Source: an uncultured Gemmataceae bacterium
GTDB taxonomy: Bacteria > Planctomycetota > Planctomycetia > Gemmatales > Gemmataceae
Assembly (NCBI GenBank): GCA_963750165.1
Contig: CAVVPN010000011.1
Span: 1,664,001-1,728,000 of the forward strand
Reading direction: 5' to 3'
DNA length: 64,000 nt
The notes under the pieces are model-generated. The model saw only the letters and a list, made by a program, of their open reading frames with translations. It did no database searches and was not told where the DNA came from. Shown piece after piece: positions 1 to 9,271 of the stretch (its first letter is position 1; every line of letters begins with the position of its first letter). The translations under genes were made by a program, and so were the position numbers.

Positions 1-651
1 GCAATACTCCAGGGTAAAAAACGGCAGGCCGTCGCACTCGCCCACTTCGTGGATCAGCACAATATTGGGGTGTTGCAGCCGCGCGACGGTCTCCGCCTCG
101 GTGCGGAACCGCCTCAGGTCCGCCGTACTCACCTGCGCGTCGCCCTTGATTCGCTTCAACGCCACCAGCCGGTTCAATTGCAAGTGCCGGGCCTGGTAGA
201 CGATGCCCATGCCGCCCTCGCCCAGCACCGATAGCACCTCGTAACCCGGCACCTCCGGCAACCCCGCCGCCACGGCCGGAGAACGCGGCTTGCCGCGGTC
301 CGCCGCCGTCGAGGCCGCCAGGCGCTCGGCCAGGCGCCCGACCAGCGCGGGGAAGTGCCCGACATAATCCGCCGCCGTGGGCTGTTCCCCGCGCCCGAGC
401 CGTGTGCGCCAGTCCGCCACGAGCAGTTCGAGGACCAGTTCCTCGTCCCGCTCCAGCTCGGGGAACGGCGTCAGGTAGGCGTCCACGCTGATCGGAAGAC
501 CGCGCTTGCGGCGGTACTCCAGGTCGATGTGTACCAGCTCGCCGGCAATCGCGGCGCGGTCGGCGGCGTCGGGCGGCACGAAGTCCTGCACCCGCGGCGT
601 TTCTCCCTTCTGATGGGCCGCTTCAAAGGCGTAAACGATCTGCGAGAGCAT
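1..651 (-). CDS. Ser/Thr protein kinase (N-terminal part; runs off the window start)
   Basis: Manual translation from ATG at 651: MLSQIVYAFEAAHQKG...PGYEVLSVLGEGGMGIVYQARHLQLNRLVALKRI...RFRTEAETVARLQHPNIVLIHEVGECDGLPFFTLEYC, covering Hanks kinase subdomains I-V. Absent from the ORF track because the stop lies outside the window. Confidence 0.92.
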   Translation of the reverse strand, partial: MLSQIVYAFEAAHQKGETPRVQDFVPPDAADRAAIAGELVHIDLEYRRKRGLPISVDAYLTPFPELERDEELVLELLVADWRTRLGRGEQPTAADYVGHFPALVGRLAERLAASTAADRGKPRSPAVAAGLPEVPGYEVLSVLGEGGMGIVYQARHLQLNRLVALKRIKGDAQVSTADLRRFRTEAETVARLQHPNIVLIHEVGECDGLPFFTLEYC

Positions 652-690
652 GGCGCGTTCCTCGGTACATGAGGTCTGGAGGTTGCGAAC

Positions 691-1317
691 CTACCCCGGC
701 AGTCCGGATTCCAGCCCCGGAGGGGCCAACCCGGCGATCTCGGCGTACAGGTCCCGGATTTTGTGCAGAACACGCTTGACCGTGCGCTCACTCAACTGGA
801 CCTGATCGGCGATATCCTTGACCAGATAGCCGCCCAGGTGCATGGCCAGCACCTGCTGTTGCCGCTCGTCCCCCAGGCGCACGGCGATCAACTCGGTGGT
901 CTCGGCAGCGGCGGCCTCCTCGTCGGGTGCGGGCGCGTCCCCCGGCAATTCCCAGCCCGCGGGGGGCCCCGCCAGCGAGGTTTCTCGGGCGGCGTCGCGC
1001 TTCTGGCTGTGGCTGCGCTCGAGCAGATCATGGAGTTTGCAGACGGCGATGCGCGCCAGCAGCGGCCACAGACTGTTGCGGTCGTCGAGGTCGAGCCGGC
1101 CTTCGCCGTAGCCGCGGAGAAAGCTGGCCCACGCCGACTGCGCGAGGTCGGCCGGTTCCACGCGCTGGCAAAGGTAGGCCGGGAGGCGCTTGCGCAGCAG
1201 GCTGATCATGCGCAGCAGGTAGCGCTCGTACGCCGTGGTCAGAGCCCGGCGGCGCGGTTCATCGCCGGACTGCTGCAGGTCGGCCAGGATGCGGATGGAT
1301 TCGGCGGGGCTTGGCAT
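691..1317 (-). CDS. ECF-type RNA polymerase sigma factor, STK-associated planctomycete type
   Basis: Region 2 DLAQSAWASF...LWPLLARIAVCK...QKRDAARE; region 4 HTH GYLVKDIADQVQLSERTVKRVL; lies directly upstream of the kinase. Confidence 0.88.
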   Translation of the reverse strand: MPSPAESIRILADLQQSGDEPRRRALTTAYERYLLRMISLLRKRLPAYLCQRVEPADLAQSAWASFLRGYGEGRLDLDDRNSLWPLLARIAVCKLHDLLERSHSQKRDAARETSLAGPPAGWELPGDAPAPDEEAAAAETTELIAVRLGDERQQQVLAMHLGGYLVKDIADQVQLSERTVKRVLHKIRDLYAEIAGLAPPGLESGLPG

Positions 1318-1498
1318 GGGCGGTCGTCCTCACTTTTCCGGCGATGGTAGCAATCCCCCAGCGCTCTGTAAAGTTGTTGGGAAAAAATTCGCGGCGTCTG
1401 GCCCCGTTCGCGGCCGCCCCCGGACTCCCTGGGTGAGAACGCACGGCGGACGTGACCGCCGGCAACACGCCTGGCCCTTGACCGCGAAGGAGATTCCG

Positions 1499-2155
1499 AT
1501 GACGCAGCAGCTGACCTCCCGCCGGACGACTCTGAGCCTGGAGCACCTGGAACGCCGCGACCTGCCGGCCACCCTGGGCAGCGTGGCGACCGCCCTGGCC
1601 GCCCAGATCCGCACCGACGCCCAGGTCCTGGTCCGCGATGTCGCCACCCTCGAATCGGCCCGGCCGACCATCGCCATCAACGCGCTCACGCGGGATCTGG
1701 TGGCGCTGAGCAACGACGACCTCCGCGGCAGCATCGACGCAGTGTTCTCGGATACCACCCGGCTCCTGGGCGACCTGCGGACGGAGGCGGTGCTGATCTC
1801 GGCCTACCACCTGCCGCAAAGCTCGGCCCTGAACAACATCGCCGTGCAGCGCGATTTCATCCGCGTCGCCGCCGACAAGCAGGCGGTCGTTCAGCTGGTC
1901 AACTACGTACACCAGCACCCGAACCAGCCCGCGCCGACCGCGAACTCGAACCTGTTGAGCGTGGCCACCTCGATCGGGGGGATCAGCAGCAGCGTGCAGT
2001 CGATTCTGAACCAGGAGTATCAGAACGCGTTGAACACCTACCATCCGGGCCAGGGCAACAGCAATTCCTACCTGAGCGCTCAGGAGGGGATTCTGGACTC
2101 CGGCCAGCACTTTTCCGACATCGTCAACAGCACCGATTTCGGCGGCGGGTCGTGA
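1499..2155 (+). CDS. Putative exported protein with planctomycete LEPRxLL-like N-terminal motif
   Basis: RBS AAGGAG, then ATG at 1499; MTQQLTSRRTTLSLEHLERRDLPA followed by helical and S/N/Q-rich sequence. Confidence 0.75.
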   Translation: MTQQLTSRRTTLSLEHLERRDLPATLGSVATALAAQIRTDAQVLVRDVATLESARPTIAINALTRDLVALSNDDLRGSIDAVFSDTTRLLGDLRTEAVLISAYHLPQSSALNNIAVQRDFIRVAADKQAVVQLVNYVHQHPNQPAPTANSNLLSVATSIGGISSSVQSILNQEYQNALNTYHPGQGNSNSYLSAQEGILDSGQHFSDIVNSTDFGGGS

Positions 2156-2388
2156 TGAGGGTCTGAGGATGGTTGGACCGGCGAACCGCTCACCAGCGAT
2201 TCGCCGGTTTTTTTCTGAGGCGAAACTGCCACAAGGAACTGTGGAAAACAACTCGCGCAACAGGCGCCGAAGCGTCGTTTTGCATTGTGTTCGCAGTGGT
2301 TTTCCACCGCGAATGCGCGGTTTTGCTGGCGCGTGGACGGCAACACTGCCCTCCGCCAAGAGCCAGACGAGGACCAAAGGGCGCCCGA

Positions 2389-2528
2389 TCTCGACGTATG
2401 AAAAAGTTGGCGTTCCTGGCGTTCTTGGCGTCCTTGATTGGTCAGTCGGCGTCATCGAGCGACGCGCTGTGCCAGCAAGAGGGTCAAATCGCGACGTGTG
2501 AACAAGTTGGCTCCCCTGGCTCCCTTGG
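2389..2528 (+). repeat. Two direct copies of a ~40-bp motif TCkCGACGTrTGAAmAAGTTGGC..CTGGC..CTTGG, 100 bp apart
   Basis: 2389 tctcgacgtatgaaaaagttggcgttcctggcgttcttgg vs 2489 tcgcgacgtgtgaacaagttggctcccctggctcccttgg (31/40 identical); third copy on the - strand at ~63648-63686. Confidence 0.7.
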
Positions 2529-2690
2529 TGTGACGGGCGGCGCCGCCGGAAGCCCGGCCGTGCCACCTGTCGGGGCCTTCCATCCTGGGTGTGGATCAAT
2601 ACACTGCCCCATAATGCACTTGCGCGTTCCCGCCGGGACTGCTCGCTGCGCGGTGCCCCCAACCTTGCACACCGAGGAAACCGCATTGCA

Positions 2691-3515
2691 ATGAGCACGC
2701 AGACGATCCATCACGCATACAACGACGTGGTCGCCTCGCATTACGACCTCGACCCGCAGGGCGTCATCAACCGCGCGCTGGACCGGGCGGTCGCCCAGCT
2801 GCGGAAGCGGGGCCTCATTGGCGACGACGCGAGGCCATTGAAGGTGCTCGATCTGGGCATGGGCACCGGCCTGTTCCTGGCCAAGCTGAAGGCACTCGGC
2901 GGCGACCGCGTGCAGCCGTTTGGCCTCGACCTGGCCGAGAACATGGTCGAAAGCGCCCGCCGCAAGCTCCCCGACCTGACCGCGGAGGTCGGCGACGCCG
3001 CCCGCCTCGACGCCCACTTCCCGGGCCAGTCGTTCGACTGCGTTTCGACCGATTTCGTCACCGGCTTCGTGTCCATGACTGTGCTGGCCCCGAAAATCTG
3101 GGACCGGCTCGAGGAGGGCGGTTACTGGTCGCTCGTCGGCGGCACCAAGGCGGGCTACCCGGCACTGCGGGCCAAAACGGACTCGAAATGGCTGCGGCGG
3201 CTGGCCGGCGCCGGCTCGCGCAGCATTGACGACGAGTTCATCAACCCGGCCGATCTCGCCGAGGTCGGCCGCACGTTCACGGCTCATGGCTTCGAGCTGT
3301 GCGAGGGCGAAACCTTTGAGCCGGAACTGGACTTCCCGAACTTCGAGGTCTTCATGGAATACGCCTACCAGGGCGGCTGGCTCACGCCCGTGATCGAGGC
3401 GGTCGGCCTCCACAAGGCCGGCTTCCTCAAGCGCTGGGCGCTCAACCGCCTGGTGTTCCCGCTCAAGGACCGTCACAGTATCGTCATCGCGCTGGCCCGC
3501 AAGGTGCGGAAATAA
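2691..3515 (+). CDS. Class I SAM-dependent methyltransferase
   Basis: Motif I VLDLGMGTG; GLDLAENMVESAR; GDA...SFDCV; ATG at 2691 after GAGGA. Confidence 0.85.
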   Translation: MSTQTIHHAYNDVVASHYDLDPQGVINRALDRAVAQLRKRGLIGDDARPLKVLDLGMGTGLFLAKLKALGGDRVQPFGLDLAENMVESARRKLPDLTAEVGDAARLDAHFPGQSFDCVSTDFVTGFVSMTVLAPKIWDRLEEGGYWSLVGGTKAGYPALRAKTDSKWLRRLAGAGSRSIDDEFINPADLAEVGRTFTAHGFELCEGETFEPELDFPNFEVFMEYAYQGGWLTPVIEAVGLHKAGFLKRWALNRLVFPLKDRHSIVIALARKVRK

Positions 3516-3560
3516 CGCCGTTCGCCCGGCGTCCGAGGTACGCGCTCTCCGGAGAACTCC

Positions 3561-4847
3561 ATGCGTGTCGCCATCATCGCGGAAGTGTTCCTGCCCAAGA
3601 TCGACGGCGTCGTCAGCCGGACGTTGAACCTGATCCGGCACCTGGCCCGATCCGGCGACGAGTTGCTCATCGTCTGCCCCGACGCCCGCGGTCTGACCGA
3701 GAGCCCGGCGCCGGTCCTGGCGGTGCCGAGCTTCTCGTTCCCGTTCTACCCCGAGTACCGCATCGGCCTGCCGGATCGGCGGCTGGCTCGCGCCCTGAAG
3801 CGCTTCGCCCCCGATGTGCTGCACTACATCAACCCGTTCGGCTTCGGCTTCCGCTGCCATGACGCGCTGCGGCGCGCGTGTCTGCGGGTGCCGACCGTCT
3901 TCTCGTTCCACACCCTCTACGGCGAGTTCGTCAAGCGCTACAAGGGGCTCGAGCCGCTGTCGCGTCTGCTGTGGTGGCTGACACGCAACTACCACAACCG
4001 CGCCAACTTCAACCTCACAGTCTCGCCGGCCATGCAGGCCGACCTGGCCCGGCGCGGCTTCCACCGCGTCGAGCTGTGGCCGCCGGCCGTGGACAGCGAG
4101 CTGTTCAGCCCCGGCCGCGCCAGCCCAGCGATGCGCGCCCGCCTCACGGGTGGGCGCCCGGAGCGGCCGCTGCTGCTGACCGTCTCACGGCTGGCGCCTG
4201 AGAAGAATGTCGGCTTCCTGGCCGGCGTGATCCGGCAGCTGCCCGGGGTTTGCTTCGCGGTCGTCGGCGACGGCCCGGCCCGGCCGGATCTGGAGCGTGC
4301 CTTCGCCGGCAGCGACACCCGCTTCCTGGGCTACCTGAAGGGGGAAGAGCTGGCGACCGCCTACGCCTCCGCCGACGCCTTCGTGTACGCTTCCGAAACG
4401 GAGACGATGGGCAACGTCGTGCTGGAGGCGATGGCCTGCGGCCGTGCCGTGGTGGTGCCGAACGCGGGCGGCATTCCGAACCTGGTGGCGCACGGGACCA
4501 CCGGCTTCCTGTACCCGCCGCGAGACTTGCCGGAAGCGGTGCGGCAGGTCCGGGCGCTGCTGATGGAAGAGGCGCTGCGGGCCCGCGTCGGCCAGGCCGC
4601 CCGGCTGGCGATTGAGGAGCGCAACTGGGAGCATTCGGTCGGCCGGGTGCGCGAGGTCTACGCCGAGGCGATCCGTTCCGGCAACCCCACGGCCACCTGG
4701 ACCTGGTGCGAGAGCGTGGCTCAGGTCACCATGACCGCCCTGGTGTCCGCGTTCCGGGTGGTGCCCCCCAAGAAGAAACGGCCCGCCCTGGCTCAACCAG
4801 CCGCCGTCCCCCAGCCCGACGACGCCCTCGTATCGGCGCTCGTGTAA
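3561..4847 (+). CDS. GT4 glycosyltransferase, SqdX/MgtA-like
   Basis: N-terminus MRVAIIAEVFLPKIDGVV resembles SqdX (RIALFTETFLPKVDGIV); GT4 signature ETMGNVVLEAMACG; RLAPEKN. Confidence 0.85.
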   Translation: MRVAIIAEVFLPKIDGVVSRTLNLIRHLARSGDELLIVCPDARGLTESPAPVLAVPSFSFPFYPEYRIGLPDRRLARALKRFAPDVLHYINPFGFGFRCHDALRRACLRVPTVFSFHTLYGEFVKRYKGLEPLSRLLWWLTRNYHNRANFNLTVSPAMQADLARRGFHRVELWPPAVDSELFSPGRASPAMRARLTGGRPERPLLLTVSRLAPEKNVGFLAGVIRQLPGVCFAVVGDGPARPDLERAFAGSDTRFLGYLKGEELATAYASADAFVYASETETMGNVVLEAMACGRAVVVPNAGGIPNLVAHGTTGFLYPPRDLPEAVRQVRALLMEEALRARVGQAARLAIEERNWEHSVGRVREVYAEAIRSGNPTATWTWCESVAQVTMTALVSAFRVVPPKKKRPALAQPAAVPQPDDALVSALV

Positions 4848-4865
4848 TCCCGACTTCGCACGCAC

Positions 4866-4922
4866 CCCGTGTATGTTTCGCGCGGCCTCGACAGCGCGCG
4901 AAACATACACGGGCCTGTTTTT
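4866..4922 (+). terminator. 19-bp perfect hairpin followed by a T-rich tract; terminator or REP-like element
   Basis: cccgtgtatgtttcgcgcg (4866-4884) / cgcgcgaaacatacacggg (4895-4913), then cctgttttt. Confidence 0.6.
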
Positions 4923-5145
4923 CGGGCTGCTCCAGTGGCGGCACGGGATGTGCTTTCTCCACTCATATTCGCGGCCGCTGTTTCCAGGTCGGCGGTTGAC
5001 CAGGCCCCCGCTTCACTCGGCCGCAGATGGTTCGAAAATAGGCCCGGCAGCGGCGGCTTGTGGAGTCCTGCCCAGCGACGGCTCGTTCCCGCTTCCTCCC
5101 TGCCGCAACCGCACCATCCACCGACGGTCCAGAGAGGTCGATTTG

Positions 5146-6658
5146 ATGAACGCTGTCTCGCGTTTACCCGATCCGGCCCCCGAACCCCGGGCCACGACCG
5201 GCATTGATGGTTTTGACGACATTCTCGGGGGCGGCTTCACTCCCCAGCGGCTGTACCTGCTCGAGGGTGTGCCCGGCTCCGGCAAGACCACGCTGGCGCT
5301 GCAATTCTTGCTGGAGGGCGTCCGCCGCGGCGAGCCGGTCCTGTACGTGACTCTCTCGGAAACGGAAGCCGAACTCCGCGGAGTGGCCGCCTCACACGGC
5401 TGGTCGCTCGACGGCATCACCATCCGCGAACTGGTCCCGAGTGAAGATAGTCTGCGGCCCGACGACCAGTACACCATGTTTCACCCCTCGGAGGTGGAAC
5501 TGAGCGAGACGACCAGGACGATCCTGGCGGAAGTGGAACAGCTCAAGCCGGCGCGGGTGGTGTTTGATTCGTTCTCGGAGTTGCGCCTGCTGGCAGGCAA
5601 CCCGCTCCGCTACCGCCGGCAAATCCTCGCCCTCAAGCAGTTCTTCAGCGGCCGCAGTTGCACCGTCCTGATGCTGGACGACCTGACCAGCGCGAACCAC
5701 GACCTGCAGGTCCAGAGCATCGCGCACGGCGTGGTGCGGCTGGAGCAGTTGAATCCGGAATACGGGTCGGAGCGACGGCGGCTGATCGTGCTCAAATTCC
5801 GAGGTGCCCGCTTCCGGGGCGGTTATCACGATTACGTCATCCACCGGGGCGGCATCGAGGTCTTTCCGCGGTTGGTCGCAGTCGAACACCGCCTCGCCGC
5901 GACCATGGAAAAGCTCGCCAGCGGCATCGCCGAGATGGACATCCTGCTCGGCGGTGGCATCGAGCGCGGCACCAGCACACTGATCGTAGGCGCAGCGGGC
6001 ACCGGCAAGTCGTCGCTCGCCACGCAGTTCGTGGCAGCGGCGGCCGCGCGCGGCCAGCGGTCGGCCCTGTTCATCTTCGACGAAAGCACCAACACGCTGT
6101 TGACCCGCTCCGCCGGACTCGGCATGGACCTGCAGCCCTACCTGGCTGACGGCCGCGTGACCGTGCAACAGGTGGACCCCGCCGAGTTGTCGCCGGGTGA
6201 GTTCGTCCACGCCATCCGCCGGGCCGTCGAACGCCAGGGCGTTTCCATCGTGATGATCGACAGCCTGAACGGCTACCTCAACGCCATGCCTGGGGAGCGC
6301 TTCCTCATCATCCAGTTGCACGAACTCCTGACGTACCTGGGCCATGCGGGCATCGCCACGCTTCTGATCGGCGCCCACCAGGGGCTGGTTGGCGGTCAGA
6401 TGATCGCCCCCGTGGACGCCAGTTACCTGGCCGACACGGTGATCCTGATCCGCTACTACGAAACACGCGGGGAAGTCCACCAGGCGATCTCGGTCGTCAA
6501 AAAGCGCAGCGGCGCACGAGCGGACCATCCGCGACTTTCAGTTGGCGGACGGCCGCCTCAGCGTCGGGCAACCGCTGCGCAATTTCCGCGGCGTGCTCAC
6601 CGGAGTGCCGATCGTGGAGGGGGCGGCCGACCCGTTGCGCGAAGGGAAACTCTCGTGA
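5146..6658 (+). CDS. kaiC: KaiC-like double RecA-fold ATPase, frameshifted near 6514
   Basis: Two Walker A motifs (GVPGSGKT, GAAGTGKS). After ...VVKKRSG the expected tail HERTIRDFQLADGRLSVGQPLRNFRGVLTGVP...KLS* continues in another frame and ends at TGA 6656-6658. Confidence 0.85.
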
Positions 6659-8235
6659 CCGAGGCCGACCGGGAACGCCTGGAGCAGCGCGTGCTCGTCC
6701 TGGCTCCGACAGGCAAGGACGCGGCCCTGACCCAGTCCGTCCTCAACCGGGCCGGCGTGGCGTGCGTCGAGTCCGCCAACCTGGAGCAGGTGTGCGACCA
6801 GCTGAACGCGGGCGCCGCCGCCGTGCTGCTGGCGGAAGAGGCGGTCACGCCGGATCGTGGCGGCTGCCTGGCGGAGTGGCTGGACCGGCAACCGCCGTGG
6901 TCCGACCTGCCGGTGCTCGTGTTGACGCGGCCCGGCGCCGACTCCGCCGCGGTGGCGCAGGCGATGGACCTCTTCGGCAACGTCACGGTGCTGGAGCGGC
7001 CGACGCGCGTGGCCGCCCTGGTGAGCGCCGTGCGCACGGCGCTGCGGGCGCGGCATCGGCAGTACCAGATTCGCGACCACCTGGCGGAGCGGGCGCGGAC
7101 CGAGGCGGCGCTGCGCGATGCGGACCAGCGCAAGGACGAGTTCCTGGCGATCCTCGCCCACGAGCTGCGCAACCCGCTGGCGCCGATCCGCAATTCCCTG
7201 CACATCCTGCGGCTGACTGGCCGGCTCGATCCGGCCGCCGAGCGCGTCGGCGAAATGATGGAGCGGCAGGTGAACCACCTGGTGCGCCTGGTGGACGACC
7301 TGCTCGAGGTCTCGCGCATCACCCGCGGCAAGATCGAGCTGCGCAAGGAGCCGGTCGAGATCGCTGCCATCGTGCGCAATGCCGTGGAGACGAGCCGCCC
7401 GCAGATCGAGGCCGGCAGCCACCAACTGGCCCTGGCGCTGCCCCCCGAACCGCTCACCGTGGAGGGCGACGCCGTCCGTCTGGCCCAGGTCTTCGCCAAC
7501 CTGCTGAACAACTCGGCGAAATACACCGACGAGGGCGGCCAGATCTGGCTCACCGTCCGACGCGAGGAAGCCGAAGTGGCCGTGTCCGTGCGGGACTCCG
7601 GCGCGGGCATTCCGCCCGACATGCTGCCGCGGGTGTTCGAGTTGTTCACCCAGGTAGACCGCCAGGGCGACCGCGCCCAGGGCGGGCTCGGCATCGGTCT
7701 GACGCTCGTCAAGAGTCTCGTTGAAATGCACGGTGGCAGTGTCCAGGCCCACAGCGCAGGACCTGGACGGGGGAGCGAATTTGTGGTCCGCCTGCCACTG
7801 GCAACCCCGCGCGGGAGCGGTCCAGGGGCGGCAGCCACGCCGTCCGCCGTGCTGACGCCGTGCCGCGTCCTGGTGGTCGATGACAACCGCGACGCGGCCG
7901 AGAGCCTGGGGATGCTGCTCAAACTGCTCGGCGCCGAGGTGCAGGTCGTGTTCAGCGGCCCGGACGCCCTGGAGGCGCTCGCCACTTACCGGCCGTCCGT
8001 GGTGCTTCTGGACATTGGCATGCCGGGCATGGACGGCCATGAAGTGGCGCGGCGGATTCGGCAGCAACGCGGGTCCGAGGAAATGACGCTCATCGCGCTG
8101 ACTGGCTGGGGGCAGGAGGAAGACCGCCGCCGCTCCCAGAGCGCGGGTTTCGACTATCACCTGATCAAACCCGCGGATGTCAACGCCCTGGAGACGTTGT
8201 TGCTTTCTCTCGAAAGTCGGCCGGCAAAGCGCTGA
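6655..8235 (+). CDS. Hybrid sensor histidine kinase (degenerate receiver-HisKA-HATPase-receiver)
   Basis: GTG at 6655 overlaps the kaiC-like TGA (GTGA). H-box FLAILAHELRNPL, N-box QVFANLLNNSAKY, G-boxes DSGAGI and GGLGIGL, C-terminal receiver VLVVDDN...LLDIGMP...KP. Confidence 0.9.
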   Translation: MTEADRERLEQRVLVLAPTGKDAALTQSVLNRAGVACVESANLEQVCDQLNAGAAAVLLAEEAVTPDRGGCLAEWLDRQPPWSDLPVLVLTRPGADSAAVAQAMDLFGNVTVLERPTRVAALVSAVRTALRARHRQYQIRDHLAERARTEAALRDADQRKDEFLAILAHELRNPLAPIRNSLHILRLTGRLDPAAERVGEMMERQVNHLVRLVDDLLEVSRITRGKIELRKEPVEIAAIVRNAVETSRPQIEAGSHQLALALPPEPLTVEGDAVRLAQVFANLLNNSAKYTDEGGQIWLTVRREEAEVAVSVRDSGAGIPPDMLPRVFELFTQVDRQGDRAQGGLGIGLTLVKSLVEMHGGSVQAHSAGPGRGSEFVVRLPLATPRGSGPGAAATPSAVLTPCRVLVVDDNRDAAESLGMLLKLLGAEVQVVFSGPDALEALATYRPSVVLLDIGMPGMDGHEVARRIRQQRGSEEMTLIALTGWGQEEDRRRSQSAGFDYHLIKPADVNALETLLLSLESRPAKR

Positions 8236-8440
8236 CTTGCTCTCTTCCAGCAAAATCGAGCCGGACCGCTTCTGCCAGGGCCGCGGGGCAATGGCAGGGG
8301 GACGGAAAGACGGTATAATCCTGATCGGCGTGGTCTGTGCTTGCAGATTGTTGCGGGCGAAGTGGGGACCGGCCCGAGAGCCGCCCGCCGCCCGTCTCAT
8401 CGTTCCGACCGTCCCGGACTGCCAACGAAGAGGGCCCCTC

Positions 8441-9136
8441 ATGGAACCAGCCGATGCGCTGACGCCGGCGGTGCAGGATTACCTGAAGGCGATCCACGGC
8501 CTGGGCGGCGCCGACCGGCCGGTGCCGCCCAATGAGATCGCCGCGCGCCTCGGCGTGCGCGCCCCGTCAGTGACGGGCATGCTCAAGCGCCTGGCGGAGG
8601 CGGGCTCGATCCGCTACGAGTCCGGCCACGGCGCCCAGCTGACCGAGCAGGGCATCGCCCAGGCACGCCGCGTCATCCGCCGACACCGCCTGCTGGAGCT
8701 GTTCCTGATGCGCGTGCTCGGCCTGGACTGGAGCGAGGTGGACGCCGAGGCCGACGCCCTGGAGCACGCGATTTCACCACGGCTGGAGCAGGCCATCGCC
8801 GCCTACCTGCACGAGCCGCTGGAGGACCCGCACGGCCACCCCATCCCGACGCGCGAGGGGGCGCTGGCGCAGCGGGCGCTGCAATCGCTGGACCACTTCC
8901 GGGCCGGCGATCAGGTCATCATCCGCGAGGCGTCCGACGACAACCCCGAACGGTTGCGGCGCTGGCAGGCGCTCGGCCTGACGCCGGGCACCACCGTGCG
9001 CGTCCGCAGTCACCAGCCGCTCGACGACCTGTACGAACTGGAGGTGGGCGGCCAGGTGATTCCGGTCGGCAGTGAGGGGCTCAAGGGGTTGCGCGGCGAA
9101 CGCACGCCGCCGCGGGAGGAGGCGAGACAGTCCTGA
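8441..9136 (+). CDS. DtxR/MntR-family metal-dependent transcriptional regulator with C-terminal FeoA domain
   Basis: QDYLKAI...SVTGMLKRL; RRHRLLELFL; LEHAIS; DPHGHPIP; LGLTPGT. Confidence 0.92.
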   Translation: MEPADALTPAVQDYLKAIHGLGGADRPVPPNEIAARLGVRAPSVTGMLKRLAEAGSIRYESGHGAQLTEQGIAQARRVIRRHRLLELFLMRVLGLDWSEVDAEADALEHAISPRLEQAIAAYLHEPLEDPHGHPIPTREGALAQRALQSLDHFRAGDQVIIREASDDNPERLRRWQALGLTPGTTVRVRSHQPLDDLYELEVGGQVIPVGSEGLKGLRGERTPPREEARQS

Positions 9137-9187
9137 AGGCGAGCGGCGTCCCCAGAGCGATGCCCTGGGCTAATACGGAATCGCCTT

Positions 9188-9266
9188 GCTGGTTCTGGTT
9201 AGCCCGACGCGCGAGCGCGGGTAAAACCTCAACCCGCGCTCGCGCGTCGGGCTAACCAGAACCAGC
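9188..9266. repeat. Perfect 35-bp inverted repeat (REP-like dimer) between convergent genes
   Basis: gctggttctggttagcccgacgcgcgagcgcgggt - 9-nt loop - acccgcgctcgcgcgtcgggctaaccagaaccagc. Confidence 0.9.
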
Positions 9267-9271
9267 GCGCG

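Noticed and set aside
2238..2310. DnaA boxes or replication origin (TGTGGAAAA, TTTTCCACC)
   Set aside because: Only one good box, no AT-rich unwinding element and no dnaA/dnaN context; the two are arms of an imperfect inverted repeat.
1259..4064. Long antisense ORFs (e.g. 1259..2698, 2484..4064, and similar ones throughout the window)
   Set aside because: Typical shadow frames of high-GC genes, with no recognisable motifs and opposite well-supported CDSs.
4873..8235. 1120-aa KaiC-histidine kinase fusion in the ORF track
   Set aside because: The conserved KaiC tail and its own stop sit in another frame after 6514, and the kinase has an overlapping GTG start. This is best explained as two genes plus an indel.
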